DNA from: Bugula neritina
Taxonomy: Eukaryota > Animalia > Bryozoa
Length of the DNA stretch: 64,000 nucleotides
NCBI GenBank assembly: GCA_964035545.1
Contig: OZ037769.1
Location: 15,344,633 to 15,408,632, forward strand
Direction: 5' to 3'
The notes beneath the pieces were generated by a model that saw only the letters and a program-made list of their open reading frames with translations, had not been told where the DNA came from and ran no database searches. The position numbers and the translations under genes are program-made. Below, piece by piece: positions 13,101 through 25,300 of this stretch; within the stretch, counting starts at the first letter, position 1, and each line of letters begins with the position of its first letter.

Positions 13101-14171
13101 ATACCATAATTAGCAGACACTCCGCCGGCCTCGTCACAGCATGTCACCTGAACCAATAGCAACCTGATTTACACAACCACTAGGTGGCAGCACATCTCAG
13201 ACAACAAATACTGTGTTATCATGACTGCATATGCGAATGGATGCCCATATAGATTAATTTGTGCTTGCAGCTTGCATTAACTTATGATTATGGTTTCCAT
13301 CTATGTAAGTATTTCCGTTATGCAAATGAAACATCCATTCGCTTAACGTCAATGATGAAAATGTAGTGAAATAGCAAGCACTACTGGAGTTGTGCACTTT
13401 TTATTTACAGGTAAGTCGACATTTCAACATGCTTTAAAGTAAGTAAAATCGTGACATGTTTGCAATAAGCACAAAGAAACATCAATCACATCAACAGCTT
13501 CATGAGTTGACGAATACTTAATAGTTTCAGCAAACCTTATCATTCAGAACAATTCCGTTTCTCTTGGCCCAGCTTAGGAATTTCTGAAGCTGCGTGGAAT
13601 GTGATGACTCAGTTGGAGTGTCAGTAGCGGTGGTAGTAATCAAAGTCGGTGTGCCTAAAGATCAATAGTCAATAAAATTTTACTGATGGTAATCACGAAT
13701 CTGCTTAGTTAAAATATAAAATCTCCAAGTAGATTGGTGTTTAAAATATTCATCTAAACATAACATGAAAAGTAGGTCTAATAAAAAATAGTTTTACCCA
13801 ACTTATTGTTCATGCATTTTATCAATTGCAAAGATTTTCTATAAAAAGTTATCATCCCGAAGCTTCTAAATTCTAAAACCAGTCAACTGAACTTTCAGAT
13901 AAAATATACAACAATAATTCCTATACTTGGCTAAGTTGTACTGCATTTGGTGAAAATAACAGAGTTTGCAATAATTTAAAAACCAAGTTTATCTCTTTGG
14001 TTATTATACAGCCAATCAAATGTTCATGAGTGGCACATGTGACTGGCAGGAAATGGTGACAGTTTTACCCTTACCAGATCCATCCGTTTCCAAATTCCCA
14101 TGCCATTCATCTTTAGTTCTCTGTGAGCGTTGAGCACGCGATGTTTGCTTTCGTCGAGGTGTTTTTGGCAT
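7160..14171 (-). CDS. SETD6: SETD6-like N-lysine methyltransferase (SET domain plus C-terminal substrate-binding region), 12 coding exons, ~513 aa
   Basis: Exons: 14171-14075, 13654-13536, 13147-12997, 12641-12494, 11038-10910, 10295-10195, 10013-9862, 9473-9285, 8980-8861, 8614-8476, 8081-8036, 7310-7160. All introns GT-AG with consistent phases; total 1542 nt. Motifs: FLSWAKRNGIVLNDKV, NYGMMAADDIKKGE, SGWLPLILALMYE..SKWREY..LPMFWP, AFIMAYSF, MVPMADLLNH, GEEIYNTYG, LLLMYGF. Confidence 0.88.
8130..8380. repeat. Intronic ~25-bp tandem repeat (AGACAGACAACTCCTAATATATACA), ~10 copies, followed by a poly-C run
   Basis: Directly visible. Confidence 0.9.
8682..8880. repeat. ~27-bp tandem repeat reiterating a SETD6 exon end and its splice donor (7 donors)
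   Basis: Unit TATACTATGAGTCACTCACCTTGAGTA; the - strand reads CTCAAG|GTGAGT in each copy. Confidence 0.9.
10364..10527 (+). mobile_element. ~165-bp dispersed MITE-like element, family A, copy 1
   Basis: CATTTAGGAGCAGTAGTGGAGAAATTGAGA...TCTCAATCTCTCCATTACTGCACCTAC; imperfect ~26-bp subterminal inverted repeats; seven related copies in the window. Confidence 0.75.
10534..10772. repeat. 16-bp tandem repeat (ATAGTCACATTAGTTA), ~15 copies
   Basis: Directly visible, near-perfect. Confidence 0.95.
11062..11209 (-). mobile_element. Family A element, copy 2 (inverted)
   Basis: GGTGCAGTAACGAAGAAATTGAGAAAA...CTAGGCTATCTCAATTTTTCCACT..TAAATG matches the reverse complement of the family. Confidence 0.7.
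12228..12400 (+). mobile_element. Family A element, copy 3
   Basis: CATTTAGGAGCAGTAGTGGAAAAATTGAGATAGCCTAAG...CTATTACTGTACCTACCTCA. Confidence 0.75.
12714..12792 (+). mobile_element. Family A element, copy 4 (5' half only)
   Basis: CATTTAGGAGCAGTAGTGGAGAAATTGAGATAGCCTAAGTTCTTT...TTTGGGG, then truncated. Confidence 0.7.
13233..13342. mobile_element. Possible small degenerate MITE with 11-bp inverted ends
   Basis: GCGAATGGATG...CATCCATTCGC; the interior resembles, in inverted orientation, sequence near 53925-54010 (CATAAGTTAATGCAA). Confidence 0.35.
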
Positions 14172-17100
14172 TATTGATGGAAAAAAATTACTAGACAAAA
14201 CCAATAATATTACATATTTAATCAATTAAAAACTACAAATGAATTTGTTATAATTTCTTTAAAGCTGAAAATCAAGTAAAAATAGTTAAATAGATAACTA
14301 TAAGTGCTTTTTGCAGATTACAATTTATTTAATCTCCAAAATTAAGGCATTCACAGAGTCAGAGTGTTTAGAGATTTACTTTTCTATTTTTATTTCAATT
14401 GACTTTCTAGAATACCAAAATTATTATTTGTAGATGATTTTTTTAAAAAGTGCAAACAGTAATTGCATTTAATGTTATTACATGTATTAGTATTACTAAA
14501 AAGTAACAAAGAAAAATTAATATTGTGAGTGAAGTCATCAAACTTCCAAAAGGACATAAAGTGATAATCATAATAATAAAATTAAAGTTGTGTCAGTTTA
14601 CTTCATTTAGTACACACCAGCAAATTATGACCCAACATTAAAGTTTGCTCAAAATCCATTGAAATTTACTATACATGGTATTTTTATGTGCTGGTTTTAA
14701 CTATAACACATAACAGAAAAGGCTGGGAGAGGATTCCCCAACATTAAAGCACAGTTCATTGTCATATGCACTTAATATTCTATATGTGCAGACGTTACGA
14801 AAAAACCCTAACGGTCCATAACCAAAACTAGCTGAATAATTAGGGAAAAACATGGGAAATAAAGTAAAATTAAAAAGAACTTTGATTATTTAGGTGTATT
14901 TATTGGTGTTTTGCTAGTTTTGGCCAAAAAACCATGTTCATTACAAGCTAAATTGTGAAAAATAGCCAAAAACTGAAGATTTCGAGTGTGTACTAAATTA
15001 AGTAAAATGACCCAGTTACAGAGAATCAGCAAAATAAACTTCAGTATCAAAATCACTATCAGTGCTGAAAGTAAAGGCAAGAGATTGAGAAAGAGAAAGT
15101 GAAAGTCAAAGATGATAACATTGGACTAGGTGGAGCTGGATTAGTGGATGAACATCATAACTATAAGAATAAGATTAGATATCGATATGAAACTGAAAGT
15201 GTGGGAAACAAAACAGAAAAAAGTGAGAAAATGCGATCACAGTGACAATGAGTAGCAGTATGAGTATCAGTATGACACAGGGCCATGTGATAGAATGACA
15301 CCATAATGATAATAATAAAAATTAGATGAAAATTATTGAGTTTAAATAATCATTAGATAAATAAGTATAACTAATAAGTTGACTGTTGGTGTTACTGTTA
15401 CTGTTAGTGTTAACTGTTAATCATTTTGACAGACAGCTTTAACTTTAAGTTAAACTTAATATCAAAGTAATACTAATTGAGTTAAACTTGGTTATCTTAA
15501 TCCTTATCCCAAACTAAGTCTAATCACTATGACAGTCAGTGTCACAGTATGACTATGCAGTATGACTACTACTACTAGTTAAGGTTATCAATAAATACTA
15601 AATACTAATTAGTAACACTAACAGTAATACTAACCGTAACTACTAACAGTAACAGTAACTCACTAACACTAGAAGTAGAAGTAAAACTGATACTCATACT
15701 GATACTGATACTCACTTACTGATACTGATAGTGATAGTGATAGCCAGTGCAGTGAGAAAATGTCATCCAATTTACTTTTGCAAATTGAAAATATAAATTC
15801 TAGGTTCTTACTATTCATGTAATCATGAAGTATAAACTGTAAGTTTAAATTTAAATAAATAGATAAATATAATACACTAAAACTAAAAGTAAATGTAAGT
15901 CGACAACCCGTTTGGCGAAAATTATTTACGTTGGCATTGAGCAAGCACGTTGACTTTAGCGGTAAAAACGTTTCAAGTATTCGACCTTTTCTTGTTCAAC
16001 ATGCTAGTATAAGATTAGGTAAGATAACTCCAAATAATGAATGTTTGTAATGTTGATAGTCATTGTTATTATTATTACCATCTAAAATAAAGGTTCTTAT
16101 TTGTGCTGTTATTGTCAGATTGTCAACGTACCAATGTATCAAACTCGAATCATCAATTCCCAGTTTCTTTATGTGCATTCACTCCATATGCAGCCATCAC
16201 AAAATATTCATCTGTGCCAAAGCGAAGGTGTTATAACTCAATGCATAGCAGCCCTATCATTCTACCACTATTAGCCTAAAGGGTATTCTAGAGAGTTTTC
16301 CCCGGGGAGGGGGAGGGGGAGGGGGAAGAGGGGATATTTTGCTCATTCACAATAATGCTTAATTTACACTTATTATCAGCTTATTGTGCCAAGAGTAGTG
16401 TATAAAATTATTCTTATATTATAGAGCATGTATATAGTAGGAGGTATTTTAAAATGTAGGTATTATGATAAAGTAAAAAATATGAACAGAGTACTAAAGA
16501 AAAGTCATGGAAAGCTTGATTAGAAAATTTGAGAATGAAGAGTGCTTTCCAATTTACTGCTGTGGTTTAAAAATCTTGAATGTCATATACGGAATTTGAA
16601 TTATCATAATTCAATAAGAACTGTTGTTGGTCAATCTTTAGTTTATACAAGTCTTATGATAGCTTATATTGAAATAGCTATGATTGCCAGTTTAGTAAAA
16701 CACTTGTACTTTTTAGTTGGTTGTTTGCAAACTGCTTTTAGTGTCACAACTGCATTTGATAGGCAATGTGATTGGAAAGATAACTCTATTGTTTAAATGT
16801 CATGCTTTCAACTCTTCCTATTATAAAGAGAGGTAATTGAGTTTCCTTTCTACACCAGTCAATCTTCCTGCGTAGACATTTTGCGAAATATTTGTCTTTT
16901 GATTTTAAATTAGCGTCTAGAACTGGGTGGTGCTCATTGCAACTCAGTCAATGTCTGATAAAGCATATCTAATATTTGTTTTTTATCCAATTTCCTGAAA
17001 GGCTGTTTGCATGGTGTATGCATGTCAATACATTATCAATTGACAAGTGAGATACTTACAGTCGATTATAGAAAAATTAATTTGTTTCATTTTTTAATTA

Positions 17101-18234
17101 TTAATTATTAATAAATTAAATGAAAATAGGTTTAGATAACATTGTAAAAATCATTAACTTAAAGGTTTGATAAGGGGTAATTGTACAGCCATCTAAACGC
17201 CATTATCACTCCAGTTTCCATTTATATTTGAGGACTGCCATTGCACGTAATGCATATAAAGCTTTCTAAGGTGTACGTAAATCGACGCTTGGCTATTGAT
17301 TGTTTGTATGTAAGTTTACAGTTCAGAGGGAAATGGCTAGTTGATCGTTCCCTGTGATTTACAATAAACAACTAAAGAGCTATCAATAGTGTTAAACAAT
17401 ATACCCATGAAATCGCTCTCAATCTATCTTGCCAACAAGCACAATAGAAATTTATCATGCCATTCGTAGTTGTAAGCTTTAATGAAAAGCTTACAATTCA
17501 CTTGTAGTCTTGTAACTGTGTTTTGTAAGTTACCAGTTATTGTTTAAAGCGAGACAATGACATTATTTCAATTAGCTAACTATAGTTTTCAAGTTAACCA
17601 GGCTTTCTAATACCACCTGAACACTCAGCCCACTAAAAGTTGAGTTAAAAAGTTTTAGAATCTCTGGCACACTCTATTAATGTATTTTAAAAGTTTAAAA
17701 TATTAAATTAGAAGTTTAATATTAAAAGTTATAAATTCCAGTTTTTAAGCCAGATCAGTAGTTAAGGTGTGTGTTGCAGAATAGTGTGTAAGAAAATTCA
17801 GTGATAATTAGCATTAGTTTTATGATATCACAAACTCTATGCAAAGCCTAATGTCTATAAATGTCATCAATATGGGCGCAAAGTTTGTTATAAAACTGTA
17901 GACTGTTTGAGCATAAAACCCTCAAGCATCATGTAGATGATATCTAAGATATAGTATATGGATATTTTAATGAAGTATGTTAATAATTTTTAGTCCAATG
18001 GCCAGATCTAAGACTACTAAAAGCAGTGACAGCATTCAAAATGGTGCAGAGAACTAAATGATTATACAATATAATATAAGTGATGAAAAGGCTGACTGGT
18101 GACACATGATGGAAGTGCTTTGATTACAGTGGGTGTAGTGCTGTGCACTTGTAGGCACCTGTTACATGTCTACGTAGCAGTTCTGTTAACACCATCTTCT
18201 ATACTCTTAGAATAAATAGTTTCCAGTTACATTC

Positions 18235-18507
18235 TGTGTAGTGTAGTGTAACTTGTAATGTAGTATAATGTAGTATAGTATAGGTTGGTGTAGTGTGGTG
18301 TAGTGTAGTGTAGTGTAGTGTGGTGTAGTGTGGTGTGGTGTGGTGTGGTGTGGTGTGGTGTGGTGTGGTGTGGTGTGGTGTGGTGTGGTGTGGTGTGGTG
18401 TGGTGTGGTGTGGTGTGGTGTGGTGTGGTGTGGTGTGGTGTGGTGTGGTGTGGTGTGGTGTGGTGTGGTGTGGTGTGGTGTGGTGTGGTGTGGTGTAGTG
18501 TAGTGTA
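18235..18507. repeat. (TGGTG)n / (TAGTG)n pentanucleotide microsatellite
   Basis: Directly visible; explains the spurious HHTTP and VVWCG ORFs. Confidence 0.97.
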
Positions 18508-19305
18508 GAGTAGTAACAGATAGTATAGGTACGGATACATTGTCTGATATTTTATTTATTACTGTAATTAGCTTTTTCTCACCTAGCTGTTTAACCTTAT
18601 TGCAGCTTATTTTAGTTGTCATATTGTTGTATAAATTTTTAGTTTTTTTTTCCTTAATCTTCTAACAAACATTTAGTGCGCATACAAAGTATCTTTAAGT
18701 TATGCTGATAAAATAGTGCAGCCAATGGTTTACTAGCTGCAGTTGATTAAACATTGTGAGCACAGCTGTTTTGAAGTGTTTCACAATGTTATAATAACTA
18801 GAACTTTGTATGCACATGAATATAGGCTCTGGGGGTCTTTTCAGTTTAGAAAAGCAAAAAATCATGTTATCATTTTTCAGCTGCATAAATTCCCATTGAC
18901 TTCAATCCTTATTTTATTTTTGGCATTAAAGCTGGGTATTTTCTGTAATATAGTTGGAATGATAACCTCCTTTAATTTAGTTCAACCAGTTCTATTCTAT
19001 AGCACGTGTATTATTATAGTTGGATAGAAATTCAGTTCACCTTCTCAGCTACCGGAGCTCTTTTGTTTCTACATTGATATGTAGCTTGCTTTTCACAGTC
19101 TAGTAATCATTCACAATAGGGGTGCCATGCATGCCGCCCGGCTATTCTATACAGTATACTAGTAATCACACAGCTACTGCTACTTAGCAACACGTACACT
19201 GTGAAGGGTCTATTGCGAGCAGCTTGACTGGTCCATTACTCGCGGCAGCAGACATACTCTGGCAGCACTTATCCAGCTTCTTACCAACTAATATTCTTCT
19301 CTACA

Positions 19306-22300
19306 ATGGGTTGCGGAGGTTCTACGGCGGCTGGAGATCCTAAGAGTGGGGGCTCCTCCAAGGGAGCCTATAAATGTAAGTCTCTACAGTATTTTGTTAT
19401 GTCTGATTCTGACTGTATAGTAGGAGCTAGTTTCTTATCCTTCAACTTTTGCTTATCAACTGAACTATTTGCCTGTAGATTAAAAATTGATCAACACATG
19501 CAGATATGAAATGTAAACAACCTTTCATCTGAATTTAAGATTTTTAGCCACTTTGTGTTAGAATGAGGTGTTTTGGAATTTTTAATTTCAACTAGATTTG
19601 ACTTTAGAAATATTAGCATTACCTCCCATGTACAGCGTAGGTAGGTTATAGAGAAGAGCGTTTGCAGCAGTAAATATCTGATTGTTAGGGATCTGTTTTA
19701 TTATTGCTTTATTTGCATCACTTTGTTACTTACTTTAAGGCATGGCATTACATTTCTACCAAAGCTGATATACAAGATACATCTAATTTGAATTTGAGAT
19801 ATTAAAAAATAATAAATTGCCCATTTTTGAAGCAGCAGCTTGTATTTCGACTAAGCAAACTGTAAGTCTATATACTTACAATTTAAAACCATTAGCAATA
19901 AAAAACTGGAACATTTTTTTCAAAGTGTCAGGTTTTTCGCTTTTCAGGCCATATTATTTGTACGTTGGCAATAACAGCAGTAGGTTAGTTAATCTTCATC
20001 CAGTAGTATAGTTTGTGGTACACAATGTTGCCAGTAAAATCCACCACTGACTTAACGTCAGAGCAGGTATAATAATAGTTTATACTTCTAAATGTAATGC
20101 TCTTTGGCCTTATTCAACAATCTCCTTTGTAAACCTCGAGATATATTGTCTCAAAGAAATGTCAATGTTAAAATTTAATAGCCAAACATCAATACTTTTG
20201 TGTCTTTGTAACGCAAGCTTTTAGTTTCTGTATAAAGAAAGCTTTCAGTGCTGCTATAGTGTATAGCTGTGTGTAACTTGGAAGATATTTATTAGCTTGT
20301 GTTTACTGAGTAACTTTAGCTGTCACTGTTTTATGTACAGCTGCCATTAGTTTCAACTGGCAATAATTAGCTGCCATTTTAAAACCTACATACCTACCTA
20401 TATATGTATATGTATATATGTATATATTGTATGCACACACTAAATAAGTTTCTACCAATATTAATCAATTTGTTTAATTTTTTGTAGCTGATGGAAAGTA
20501 AGTATAACCAATTGTTTTAGTGTCAACCCTAACCAAGCACTACCTTTGTATTTCTAAAACACTATAGTTTTTATTTGTTTGTGCCTTAATCCCTGCTTGA
20601 TCCTTTGTAACCTTTCTAATTTAGGTACATCTAAAATCAAATGTCAAATAGAGGCCCAAAATCTAAATCAGTATTCTGTAACTTAAAATAAGCTTAAAAA
20701 AAATTCTTAAAGAAGAAGGATTGGAATGAGCAGATGTTTGAGTTTTAGGTATTGAAATATTAGCAGACTAAGATTATGTAACTGGGACCGTGTTTTCTCT
20801 TGTTATAGTTACTCAACTGCTCTCTATTGAATTGATATGATATCGATTTGCCTTTAACAATGAATCATTGTTTCTCAATTGATAAAACTACTCAGTTTGT
20901 GTAAATAGCAAATAAATATTCTGGTATTGGCATGATTTAAAAATCAATAGACGTTAGATACAAGTTGGTCAACTGATTCTGATTGTCTTGGTGCACATGT
21001 AACCTAACAAAGTTGAATTATGCCGTTTAGCTTGACTGCCATTTGAATCACTTTTGTTCTCTTTAGCGTGTCTAATGATTTTTTTCAATTTGCTTCTATG
21101 AGTCTTTTGTTTATTTTGTTGTAATGCTGTGTGGTGAGTCTTTAGGTAGGAGCTTTTCATGCAAAGTTTTCAGCCAATGACAACGTTGAAGAATAAAGTT
21201 GTACAAATTCTCTAAAACTGTTTTGACTTCAAGTTAAATAGTTGTCATAAACATTTATTTAGTAAACAAACTAATTATAATTAATTGTAAAAAATATTAA
21301 AAAAGGTTTTTCTTCATATAGAAATGAAGCGGTAGAGCTTTTCATTGGTCCATAGTACATTACCTGGACTTCAGTTGAAGATTATCTGTCAGGCATTTTC
21401 TTTAGAGTTTAAAAACATGAAAATTAGTGTCTATGTAAACTCTTTATAACTGTGTGTCTTCTAGCTAACATAAATTTAATATAACAAATTTAAGTACACA
21501 AAGGAACAAATTACAAACCTATTTGAATTTTAAGCTCCTATAGAATTTCTTTGGAATAACAAATATTTTTAGCATATGGTGTGTGTGTAGAAATTTAGCT
21601 AATAATTTTTTGCAGTAATTTAGGCAGCCTATAATTTATTCGAGAGCAGCTGTATAACAAAGATGATAAATTCCTAAAAAGGACCCGAGGTTTTTTTCTT
21701 AGTAAAAGTTATGTTAGCACTTAAAGCATTACTTCAAGAATTAACTGAACCATGGTCATTCTTAGAGATGCTAGCATGAAAATATATGTCTTAGACTTGT
21801 GAATCAATTCCCAGTAGACCCATTAGGGGTGCCCTGGAGAGCACCCAGACATAATTATTGTTTTACAGTCACTCAAACTACTGTATGTTGTCAGCTCTCA
21901 TAAAAACATGTAACATTAGAGTCCTTGCAAAACCATGGCTGCGAAAGAGTTTAACCACACTGCCACACTGCTGTAGTATGGTATTATATACTTTTTGTTG
22001 ACACATATAAAAGATCATCACTCTTGAATTAAGAAATATTGCAGCAGTTCCAATATGTGCTTTTTATCACACCTATTGATTTTCTGCTTTTGAAATTTTA
22101 CTATTCAACCTGTGATACTCCAAATTAAAAGGCATGCATGTTGGAGCTGCCAGTGTTCTATAACATAATAGGCACATTCTTAGTTAGTGAGCTGCTTCAC
22201 AGTCAAATATGCTTCGTGTTTCTGGGTTTAAATAGCCTATAGTACACGTCTGTGGTGTTTTCTAAAGGATCGATGGGTATCCAAACCTGGAAGGCCACAC

Positions 22301-25300
22301 CCACATCCTGTCTAGGAATCTCACTCCAGCTCTCTACAACAAGCTGAAAGATCTGAAGACAAACAGTGGCTGTACTCTAGACTACTGTATGAGAGGCGGA
22401 ATGAACAACCCTAACTTCTCCGTCGGTATGTTCACTGCATGACTCAAATCACTTTACCCAAAGCAACAAGGCTAACTTTTCTGAAAAAAAAATTTCTGGA
22501 GCTGTAAGTCACATATATTGTTTTGTTCATCAAAGTTGGACAATTCTAAATTATATAAATAATATAAAAGTTTTATTTAAGCGATAGCTCTAAATGGCAA
22601 ATTAAATTAAATTTTTATTCCTTATGAAAAGATAATTGTACTTAATCTCTAAAGTATAAATCTCAGTCGGTCTTTAAATAGAAAAGATAACTTCCCTTAT
22701 TCTCCTTGTTTGTCATCTTTAATACTTCTTTGTATCATTGTTTTAAATTTATAAAAAAACAGTGGCTAAATGATGGCACATAAATTTCTTTTTATAATAC
22801 TTTAAGTTGTAAAACTTTAACATATCTAGTTTTTAGTACGCAGAAAGTACCTAATTTCAATTACTGGGCTCTAATTTAGTTTTTTAAACTATTACATACA
22901 CTTCTACAAGATTTTAGTAAATTACACCATAAGAAATAATTCGAGCATTTTGTTACTGCTTATAGGTGTTACAATGGGAGATGAAGAATCTTACACTCTG
23001 TTCGGAGATGTGCTGTTTGGTGTCATTGAAGACAGACATGTTGGGTTCAAGAGAACTGACATCCATAAGAGAGATCTTGACTTCTCTAAGCTGGAGGGAG
23101 GAGATCTTGACCCCAACTATGTCCTTTCTAGTAGAGTAAGCTTATGACTATTGATATGTGTGATGAACTCACAAATTGTTGGTTATTATCAACTGTATAT
23201 ATTGCCATGTGAAGCCTATTGTAGTGCAGTACAATGACTGCCATGTGTCTGCATGGTTTTATATTCAAATAGAATGCTTTATAGAAAGATTTGTAATTTT
23301 TCTTTACTTGAGATAAGACTGTCAGAAATAGAAGCTGTGGTCAAGTCTAACATTGCAAATGTTGTGGAAGAATTTTTCATTGTATTCAAGCTGACAAATA
23401 AATTTACAGAATAGAAAATGTAACTTTCCATTATGTAACTTTTAGTCAGTGAGTAAGCTCACTGACTAAAAGTTACATAATGGAAAGTTAGGCAGGTCAT
23501 TTTAGAACAAATAATGAGTTGCTTGAAATTCTCCCACCTTTACAAATCCTTTTTTTTAAAACACAAGCTAAAATATAGCATAAGTTTTGTACATAAAGTT
23601 TAGTAGAGAGCATGTATTGTATTTGGCATTTAACCTTTAATTAACCTTTAAATTTTCTCTGCCACACGCAGGTTAGAACCGGCAGAAACATCAGAGGGTA
23701 CTCTTTGCCTCCGTTCTGTACTAGAGGAGAAAGACGAGATGTCAAGAACATTCTACTAGATGCTTTGAGCAACCTAGAGGCTCCATTCAAAGTTGGTCAT
23801 CTCTTGAAATTATGTTTTGTGAAGTTGTTACCAGTATTGTCTTTATTTTGCAAAAAAAGTGAAAAGAGAAGTACGTAACAAAATATTACAGTGGCTACGC
23901 ACAAGCATTGAAAGCTTTTGCCAAAGTTTCCTTTTTAAGATAACCTCTAAATGTGGAACACACAGAAGGAAGCACTTTAATCTTTCTAAAGTTTATTTCT
24001 TAGATTGCTGAACTTTTGATAAACTACTTGCCATTAGAATTAAAGATTTACTCAACTCTAAGAACAAAATATCGCTCTGTTGGTTGCATTATTCCAGGGC
24101 ACATTTTACTCTCTGGAGACAATGACCCCCGAGGATCAGCAACAACTTATCGATGACCACTTCCTGTTTGAGAAACCAACTGATACTTTTATGACAGACA
24201 CAGGTGAGTTCGAAGCTTTTAGTAAATGAGACTTTTCAAGTCACACCACTTAAGGCTGGTTTTAATACGATAGTCTCAAGTTTCCTGTCATCGATTGTAA
24301 GCCAGTACTTTTTATTAGGCATGGCACGTGACTGGCCAGACGCCAGAGGTATTTACCACAATGACGACAAGAACTTTCTGGTGTGGATCAATGAAGAAGA
24401 TCATAGCAGAATCATTTCTATGCAGAAAGGAGGGAACATAAAAGAGGTGGGTACACATTTTTTACAGCCAAACCTAATCGGTTTCCATGCAGTAGTCTCT
24501 AATTCTCTTTCCGTATAAGTGATAGTTTTCACTTTGCTTTCAGTTAACAAAAAAACGTCGGCTAATGTTTGGATTTTAGGTCTTTGAAAGATTCTGCACT
24601 GGGATCACTCAAGTTGAGAAGCTGATGGCGGACCAGGGAGGAAATGAGTTTATGTTCAATAAACACATTGGATATGTCCTCACCTGTCCCTCCAACCTTG
24701 GCACTGGACTCAGAGGTGGAGTCCATGTTAAGATCCCTAAACTGTCTGAACATCCCAAGTGAGTGATTGTAGATTGTATAGCTCCTACTATGTATGTGCA
24801 TTAATTTAAATTATGTGATGTAGTGATAGTATGTGAATACTTTTTGCTAGATCAATTAATAAACATTAGTACTTTAGGTTCTTTGCAAATTGCTATTGTT
24901 TTATTCCCTGTCAGGTTTGACGAGATACTGAAGAACTGTCGTCTGCAGAAGCGAGGAACTGGTGGTGAAACAACTACCAGCACAGACGGTACATTTGATA
25001 TCTCCAACTGGGACAGAGTTGGTAAAACTGAAGTAGAACTGGTACAGCTTGTTATTGACGGTGTGGAACTTCTTATCAAGATGGAGAAGAGGCTAGAGAA
25101 TGGTATATTATAAAGTCTCAGTTCTGCACATAACATTGATATCCTTAGCACTGTATGAAATGATAATCTTTGAGTTATTTTCAACTTATAGGTGAAAGCA
25201 TTGATGACATAATTCCAGGACCAGAGGGTGCCTGCCCTCGACCAAAAGCAGAAGGAGCTACCATAGAAGTTGTAAGTATTGTCAATCACTGTTGGTAAAT

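Noticed and set aside
18199-18622. HHTTP and VVWCG repeat ORFs
   Set aside because: Translations of the (TGGTG)n microsatellite.
20025-20066. Possible alternative ATG exon for PK1 ([14 protein letters not shown]|gtataa)
   Set aside because: Ends in phase 0, which is out of frame with the 22268 exon with or without the microexon; the donor is weak.
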